Both the position numbers and the translations under genes were made by a program. Positions 59,102 to 64,000 of a stretch of DNA of 64,000 nucleotides are shown piece after piece. The notes below the pieces were generated by a model. It saw only the letters and a list, made by a program, of their open reading frames with translations, did no database searches and was not told the DNA's origin. The DNA lies in the IMG/VR virus record IMGVR_UViG_3300031834_001450, positions 1 to 64,000 of that record; one strand, written 5' to 3'. Each line of letters starts with the position of its first letter. Position 1 is the stretch's first letter. This stretch comes from a virus.

Positions 59102-59296
59102 TTAATTTTCTTTTATTGCATTCGCTGGACATTCAAAATTTATAATACAAGTTTTACAATTTTTACATTTAGTTTGATCTATAGTACTTTGTAAATATCC
59201 TTTCTTAATTATATTTAAATGATCTATTTGAATAGCTTCAAAAGGACATTCTTCTACACACATCCCACACGAAATACAGTCTTCTATAATTCTCAA
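59102..59296 (-). CDS. 2x[4Fe-4S] ferredoxin
   Basis: CISCGMCVEECP...CKNCKTC....CP. Confidence 0.9.
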   Translation of the reverse strand: MRIIEDCISCGMCVEECPFEAIQIDHLNIIKKGYLQSTIDQTKCKNCKTCIINFECPANAIKEN

Positions 59297-60120
59297 TCTA
59301 TTTCTCCTATTTTATAATAGCAAATTTCATTTAATACGGTTTCTCTTTTTCTATTAGGACTTATATTTTTTAATTTATTCAAATAGATTTTATTTTTAAA
59401 ATATTTATTACCTATTTCATTCTCTATATCAAAATAAATAATATCATTGGAAATAAAATCTAATTGTTTAAACATTTCTTCCAAATCCTGTATACTCCAT
59501 CCATTAGAATTAACCATTTTATTTATTTGATAGGGGGGATCTAAAATATATAAACTATTTTTTAAATTTATAATATTAAAAGCATTATTTGATATAAATA
59601 ATTTATCTTTAATGAGTTTAAAGTTTTTTAAAGAATATTCAAAATCTCTACATGTATAATTACTAATAAACCTGTTCCCAAAACTTTGATTAAATCCATT
59701 AGGTCCAAATCTATACATAGTATTTATACAACTATTTACTAAAATTATTAAACCAAATGCTTCTTCTTTAGTCTGCTTTTTCCATAAAATATTATTAAAA
59801 TAATCTCTAAAATTATAATATCCATTATAAGTTGAAACATTATATTGAAGATTATTTACGTAAGTAGTAAACTCACCTTCATCTATTAAGAATAGATGTT
59901 CATAAATATTTAATAAATTAATATCTATTTCTGAAACATAATAACTATTAAATTGTTTTTGTAAATTTAATAATATTTGTGCAGAACCTAAAAAAGGTTC
60001 AACATAAATATTTTTATTTGATTTTTTTACAAGATCATTTATCATATCTAAATGAATAAGTTTATTACCCATATATTGGAATAGTCTAGATATAATTTGT
60101 TTTCTTTGTAAAAAACTCAA
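59293..60120 (-). CDS. Dam-like (D12 class) N6-adenine DNA methyltransferase
   Basis: YMGNK, YVEPFLGS, LDPPY. Confidence 0.85.
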   Translation of the reverse strand: MSFLQRKQIISRLFQYMGNKLIHLDMINDLVKKSNKNIYVEPFLGSAQILLNLQKQFNSYYVSEIDINLLNIYEHLFLIDEGEFTTYVNNLQYNVSTYNGYYNFRDYFNNILWKKQTKEEAFGLIILVNSCINTMYRFGPNGFNQSFGNRFISNYTCRDFEYSLKNFKLIKDKLFISNNAFNIINLKNSLYILDPPYQINKMVNSNGWSIQDLEEMFKQLDFISNDIIYFDIENEIGNKYFKNKIYLNKLKNISPNRKRETVLNEICYYKIGEID

Positions 60121-60413
60121 TCTATTTCCTCCTCAAAAGTAAGCCAATCTTTTTCAATCATTAGTAATGATAAATAGCCAAATAAATCACAAACATCCGA
60201 TTTACGTAATCCTTCATTACTATTTTTTATTCTATTTAGCTTATCGTCTATTCTTATACATATTGAATTACTTGCATCTAATTTAGAAAATAATTGCATA
60301 GGACTTATTGCAGAATCTCCATAACGTTTATTTTTCTCTTTAAGGAATTCTCCAAAATTAAACATAAGTCTATCTATTTTTTCTTGAGTAGTATATTTTT
60401 TTTCTGTTGACAT
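60117..60413 (-). CDS. Nucleotide-modification-associated domain protein (Nmad1/DUF1599-like)
   Basis: KNKRYGDS....F......IRIDDKLNRI....D...DL.GY. Confidence 0.7.
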   Translation of the reverse strand: MSTEKKYTTQEKIDRLMFNFGEFLKEKNKRYGDSAISPMQLFSKLDASNSICIRIDDKLNRIKNSNEGLRKSDVCDLFGYLSLLMIEKDWLTFEEEID

Positions 60414-60422
60414 AAGCTCTCT

Positions 60423-60845
60423 TTAATTTAAATTTGAAATTATTGGTGTTTCTTTGTTCTCTGTTAAATTTTTATTCAATATCTCTTTCATAAGAATATC
60501 TCTAATATCTTCATAGCTTTTTTTAGTATCAAACATTTTTTCTATTATTGTAGTTTCCCATAATATATCTATGCATACCCCAGTCTCATCAAAAATAGTA
60601 TAAAAAGAACTATCCATTACACACATAATTTGATGATTTGCTAATTCTATAATAATAGTTGAAAATAGAATCATGTCTCTAGGATCAGAGATATAAGCAA
60701 GATCAAATGAAATATGCCATTTATTATCAAATTCTGCTATTATTCCCATAGGTATTTGGAAGCTATTATCTTTTTTATTATAAAAAATATATTCTTCTTC
60801 AAAATAGTTCATAAATATAGTTTTTATTATTTTATATTCTTGCAT
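60423..60845 (-). CDS. Hypothetical protein
   Basis: Operon context. Confidence 0.5.
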   Translation of the reverse strand: MQEYKIIKTIFMNYFEEEYIFYNKKDNSFQIPMGIIAEFDNKWHISFDLAYISDPRDMILFSTIIIELANHQIMCVMDSSFYTIFDETGVCIDILWETTIIEKMFDTKKSYEDIRDILMKEILNKNLTENKETPIISNLN

Positions 60846-60848
60846 ACT

Positions 60849-61007
60849 TTATTCCTTTATTTTATTAAATTTTGGACAAACTATTTGTACAACTAAATGA
60901 GATTGTTTACATCTTTCTTTACATTTTTTACATAATTCTGAAAAATTAGACCAATACCATTTACTATATTGTTTATCTGACATTGAATTAATATTTATAT
61001 TTTCCAT
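60849..61007 (-). CDS. 52-aa Cys-rich protein (not in ORF track)
   Basis: TAATG coupling; CKKCKERCKQS...CPKF. Confidence 0.5.
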   Translation of the reverse strand: MENININSMSDKQYSKWYWSNFSELCKKCKERCKQSHLVVQIVCPKFNKIKE

Positions 61008-61441
61008 TATTTTGTACCTGTTGACCCAAAACCACCTCTTGGATTATCTGTCATATGTTCTACTTCTGTAATAAGTATTTGAGGCATTTTTTCTACTACT
61101 CGAAATTGACAAACTCTATCATTCTTTTTTATATAAGATTCTCTTGTTGCATATATTGGCATTTTTACAATATCAGATTCTCCACAAAACGATTCATCTA
61201 AAATTCCCATAGAATTTATTTGTAAAATTCCCCAAATTTTAAAAGTAGAAGATCTTGGTAATATATGCATTTCATATCCAGGAGGAACTTTAACAGATAC
61301 ACCTAAATCAATAAGTCTAAAATCACCTTGTTCTATATGATAATCATAAGCACTTCTTAAATCTATCCAATCTCCTTTCTCTATTTTTTCTATTTTAATT
61401 AAATCTAATACATGATATTTTACTTTTAATTCAAGAATCAT
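61007..61441 (-). CDS. dut: Trimeric dUTPase 2 (DWIDL type)
   Basis: GDWIDLR, PRSST, GILDESFCG, RVCQFR, RGGFGSTG. Confidence 0.9.
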   Translation of the reverse strand: MILELKVKYHVLDLIKIEKIEKGDWIDLRSAYDYHIEQGDFRLIDLGVSVKVPPGYEMHILPRSSTFKIWGILQINSMGILDESFCGESDIVKMPIYATRESYIKKNDRVCQFRVVEKMPQILITEVEHMTDNPRGGFGSTGTK

Positions 61442-61529
61442 TTTACTTCTCCTAAATCATAGCTTTCAAATCTTTCTTATTATTTAAATTAATCAAAAAA
61501 TAAAATTCTTATAAAATATCATTTATCTT

Positions 61530-61949
61530 TTAAAGTACTTCTATTTCTTTTTTTTCTTTAAAGGTCATTTTGTTAATATTTATTAAAGGTATACCTGGTA
61601 TTACTCTAGTATTCTTTAAAAATATTAAATGAATAAGATTTTGAATATTTTTATCTGAAATATCATCAATTTGAGATTTATTTGTTTTTACTATTTTTGG
61701 AAAAAGATCTTTAATACCTTCTCTAAGCATATCAATATAAATTTCCATTACATTATATTCTAAAGAACTTTCACCTCTAGTTAAAAAAATTTTACTATCT
61801 AATTCAGGATAATAAAGAGTTTTAGATAATTTACGATTTATGAGTTCTTGTTCTCCTTCTTTAAATTGCAATTCTAATTCTTCTATTATTTTTTTAATTT
61901 CAATTAATTCTTTTCCTATCTGTTCAATGGATTTTTCTAAAATATCCAT
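61530..61949 (-). CDS. Hypothetical protein
   Basis: SD and early motif upstream (61972-62003). Confidence 0.5.
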   Translation of the reverse strand: MDILEKSIEQIGKELIEIKKIIEELELQFKEGEQELINRKLSKTLYYPELDSKIFLTRGESSLEYNVMEIYIDMLREGIKDLFPKIVKTNKSQIDDISDKNIQNLIHLIFLKNTRVIPGIPLININKMTFKEKKEIEVL

Positions 61950-62019
61950 AATCTTTTCTCCTTGTTTTTTTTATATTATATAAAAAAATTTTTAAAATAA
62001 AACTTTTAAAAAAATTATA

Positions 62020-62577
62020 TTATATACATAATGAAGTAAAATAAATAAAATTATTTATATTTATATAATCTTCAAATAAAACTCCAATACCTCTATTAGA
62101 AGTATCACTTATGAACATTATCCCATTTATTTTATATACAATTAAAGAATGTCTACCAGTTTTTTTAGCATTTATTATTCGTAATGTCCCAATAAATTCT
62201 GTTTGTGTTAATGACCAAGTAATAAATTCTTCATAATTATTAGATCCAATTACATCTATTCCAAATTTTTTAGCAAATAATATTTGAAAAACTCCATCAT
62301 AAAAACCAAATGATTCTAAAAGATAACTATCTTCTGGTTTTATCCAATGATTATTTTTACACTTACTAAGAAAAGCAATAACACTATCTTCAATTAAATT
62401 TTTGGATATTGCTTCTAACCCAAATGTAATTAATTTACAGATAGATCCTATACTTTTTTTAGCTTGTATATCATTAAATTCGAATGCAGTTTTTACTTCT
62501 TTTAAAAGGAGATTTTTTGAATCAAATACAAATTGATTTCTTGTTGCGATACTATTATTTAATTTTATTATATCCAT
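62020..62577 (-). CDS. Hypothetical protein, possible papain-like (C39-type) peptidase
   Basis: Cys (SICKL), His (GRHSL) and Asp (ISDT) in C39-like order. Confidence 0.35.
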   Translation of the reverse strand: MDIIKLNNSIATRNQFVFDSKNLLLKEVKTAFEFNDIQAKKSIGSICKLITFGLEAISKNLIEDSVIAFLSKCKNNHWIKPEDSYLLESFGFYDGVFQILFAKKFGIDVIGSNNYEEFITWSLTQTEFIGTLRIINAKKTGRHSLIVYKINGIMFISDTSNRGIGVLFEDYININNFIYFTSLCI

Positions 62578-62592
62578 AATTCCTCTTTTCTA

Positions 62593-64000
62593 TTAATTCA
62601 CAATTTCACGATCAAAATCTCCATTACTAAATTCTCTTCTTATTGTATGATCATAAATTTGTTTAAATGTTGACATATCACTTACATCTACGAAAAAACC
62701 TACTACTCTAGCAATTTTCTTTTTAATTAATTTACCACATTTAGCACAAGTCTCTCTATTACCTATAATTACATGTCCATCAACACACTGACAAAAAGTT
62801 CCAGTTATTGCAAAATGTTCTAAATTACATTCTATTGCATAATTAATAAGTTTTTCAGCTTGTTTAGATGTAATGTGTTCCCCTGTATTTATATGTGATA
62901 TACCTCCACCAGTTAAACTATTAAGATATTTACCATCTATTTCCATTTTTTCCCATATTGTATGCTTTTGATCAGTTAGTGGCACAAATTGATTAGAGTA
63001 AATATTGTAAGGAATATTTTTTTCACCAAATAACAATTTATCTATTCTTGGTAATCTATGAGACATAGATTCTCCAGGTACTTGTTCAATATTAAAAGTA
63101 CATCCAATAAAATTTTCATTATTTGAATTTACCTCATTATTAAAATAATCAAGAAATTCTTTTAATATATCTATATTTTTTAATTGTTTAAATTTATTTT
63201 TTAAAATTTCCTCTGCTTCTACATATCCTAATATTCCAAGAGTAGAAAACATTCTTTCTAACCGAATCCAACCAATTTGAAGAAATAATTGAGAATGTTT
63301 AGAATCTTCTAATAGTTGTTTATGAGAATATAATATTTTTTTAGCATTATTTGTATGTACTTTTATTAATTCAAAAAATTCTTCATATGTTTTACTCATT
63401 AATGCAAATCTAGCAAAATTTAATGTTAGTACTCTATGACTACCAAGAGATATAGATCCACCTGCACCAAAACTATTTGCTTGAGCAGCTAATTCTATCA
63501 TTTCTATAGAATTAATTAGGCGGCAACAAGATGCAATTTTATTTCCTTCACTTACAAAAACATTATATCTATAAATATCTTTTTTACAAACAGATTTAAG
63601 AAATGATTTATCTTCTATAACCCATTTTCCTTCTTTATCTCTTTTCTTAGATATATTTAAAGTCGCGATTGGAAAACGATAAGGAATTCCATCATTCATT
63701 GGATCCCCTTTATCGAAAAATTCCATAAAAATATTTTGTAATTCTAAAATAAAATCTATCACTGTATCTAAATCATATGGATAATATCCATCTTCTTGCA
63801 TATAATACCAATTATATTCTTCTTTAACAAGTTTATTAAGTTTTTCTCTATCAAATAAAGATATATTTGTAAATGGGCATTCAACTCCTCCACTTCTACT
63901 TAAAGAATTAAAGCCATGTATTACTTTTTGATATTGATTTTTTATATATTTTCTATAAATGGGATCTTGTAAATCTTCTATTTTTTTATTTTCTTTTAAT
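62593..64000 (-). CDS. nrdD: Anaerobic ribonucleoside-triphosphate reductase (5' end lies beyond the window)
   Basis: Frame is open upstream of 63801 (..CPFTNISLFD..); FPIAT, SCCRL, EQVPGES, GGGISHI, zinc site, RVVGF glycyl-radical loop. Confidence 0.93.
   Translation of the reverse strand, partial: LKENKKIEDLQDPIYRKYIKNQYQKVIHGFNSLSRSGGVECPFTNISLFDREKLNKLVKEEYNWYYMQEDGYYPYDLDTVIDFILELQNIFMEFFDKGDPMNDGIPYRFPIATLNISKKRDKEGKWVIEDKSFLKSVCKKDIYRYNVFVSEGNKIASCCRLINSIEMIELAAQANSFGAGGSISLGSHRVLTLNFARFALMSKTYEEFFELIKVHTNNAKKILYSHKQLLEDSKHSQLFLQIGWIRLERMFSTLGILGYVEAEEILKNKFKQLKNIDILKEFLDYFNNEVNSNNENFIGCTFNIEQVPGESMSHRLPRIDKLLFGEKNIPYNIYSNQFVPLTDQKHTIWEKMEIDGKYLNSLTGGGISHINTGEHITSKQAEKLINYAIECNLEHFAITGTFCQCVDGHVIIGNRETCAKCGKLIKKKIARVVGFFVDVSDMSTFKQIYDHTIRREFSNGDFDREIVN

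Noticed and set aside
39-60896. Short overlapping ORFs in the track (39-281, 3036-3404, 3693-3914, 11017-11199, 14441-14686, 19210-19521, 21965-22201, 22789-23184, 27897-28103, 29467-29727, 34233-34415, 36353-36601, 42506-42703, 45245-45427, 46195-46443, 46968-47159, 50184-50447, 60714-60896)
   Set aside because: Antisense or alternate-frame shadows of well-supported genes, with no motifs.
1-64000. Genome-wide TAG recoding (code 15)
   Set aside because: Long genes are intact in code 11 and TAG ends genes at sensible positions (20432, 22283, 24757, 26400). Only one internal TAG was seen.
1-64000. CRISPR array, tRNA or rRNA genes
   Set aside because: No regularly spaced repeats or cloverleaf-like GC-rich segments were seen by eye; tRNAscan and CRISPR finders were not run.
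42802-64000. Inteins or introns in DnaB, PolA or NrdD
   Set aside because: Lengths are normal, motifs are contiguous, and no intein splice motifs were seen.

Overview
A 64 kb segment of a large, very AT-rich (roughly 25% GC by eye) contractile-tailed dsDNA phage, read with the standard genetic code. The host is probably an anaerobic spirochaete (inferred from FLISC lipoboxes, a DUF5018-type Ig lipoprotein, a spirochaete-like receiver domain, NrdD, ferredoxin and a B12 radical SAM). Layout: (1) 1-17.4 kb, minus strand: an RNA ligase fragment, then a ~14.5 kb glycan-building cluster (five glycosyltransferases, GDP-mannose 4,6-dehydratase, FkbM and other methyltransferases, a WbdD-like methyltransferase-kinase, two radical SAMs). 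The cluster contains a solo tnpB and a small separately transcribed virion-like protein. (2) 17.7-34.6 kb, plus strand: a T4-like tail/baseplate module with two paralogous fibre+chaperone cassettes. (3) 34.6-51.7 kb, minus strand: replication, recombination and transcription genes (SbcD, DnaX, RuvC-like, DnaB, 5'-3' exonuclease, sigma factor, PolA) plus two putative internal head proteins. (4) 51.7-64 kb, minus strand: a DNA hypermodification/nucleotide operon (T4 gp42-like dCMP hydroxymethylase, GT-B glycosyltransferase, dNMP kinase, methyltransferase, NDP-sugar epimerase and dehydrogenase, two dUTPases, Nmad1, Dam-like MTase) and NrdD. Best candidates for new biology are a modified cytosine carrying a phage-made, probably uronic-acid-derived and possibly methylated sugar, and a separate putative virion-glycosylation system. 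Two promoter classes, several long perfect palindromes, IS200/IS605 remnants and a poly-A frameshift are also visible. All family assignments come from motif recognition from memory, not database searches.
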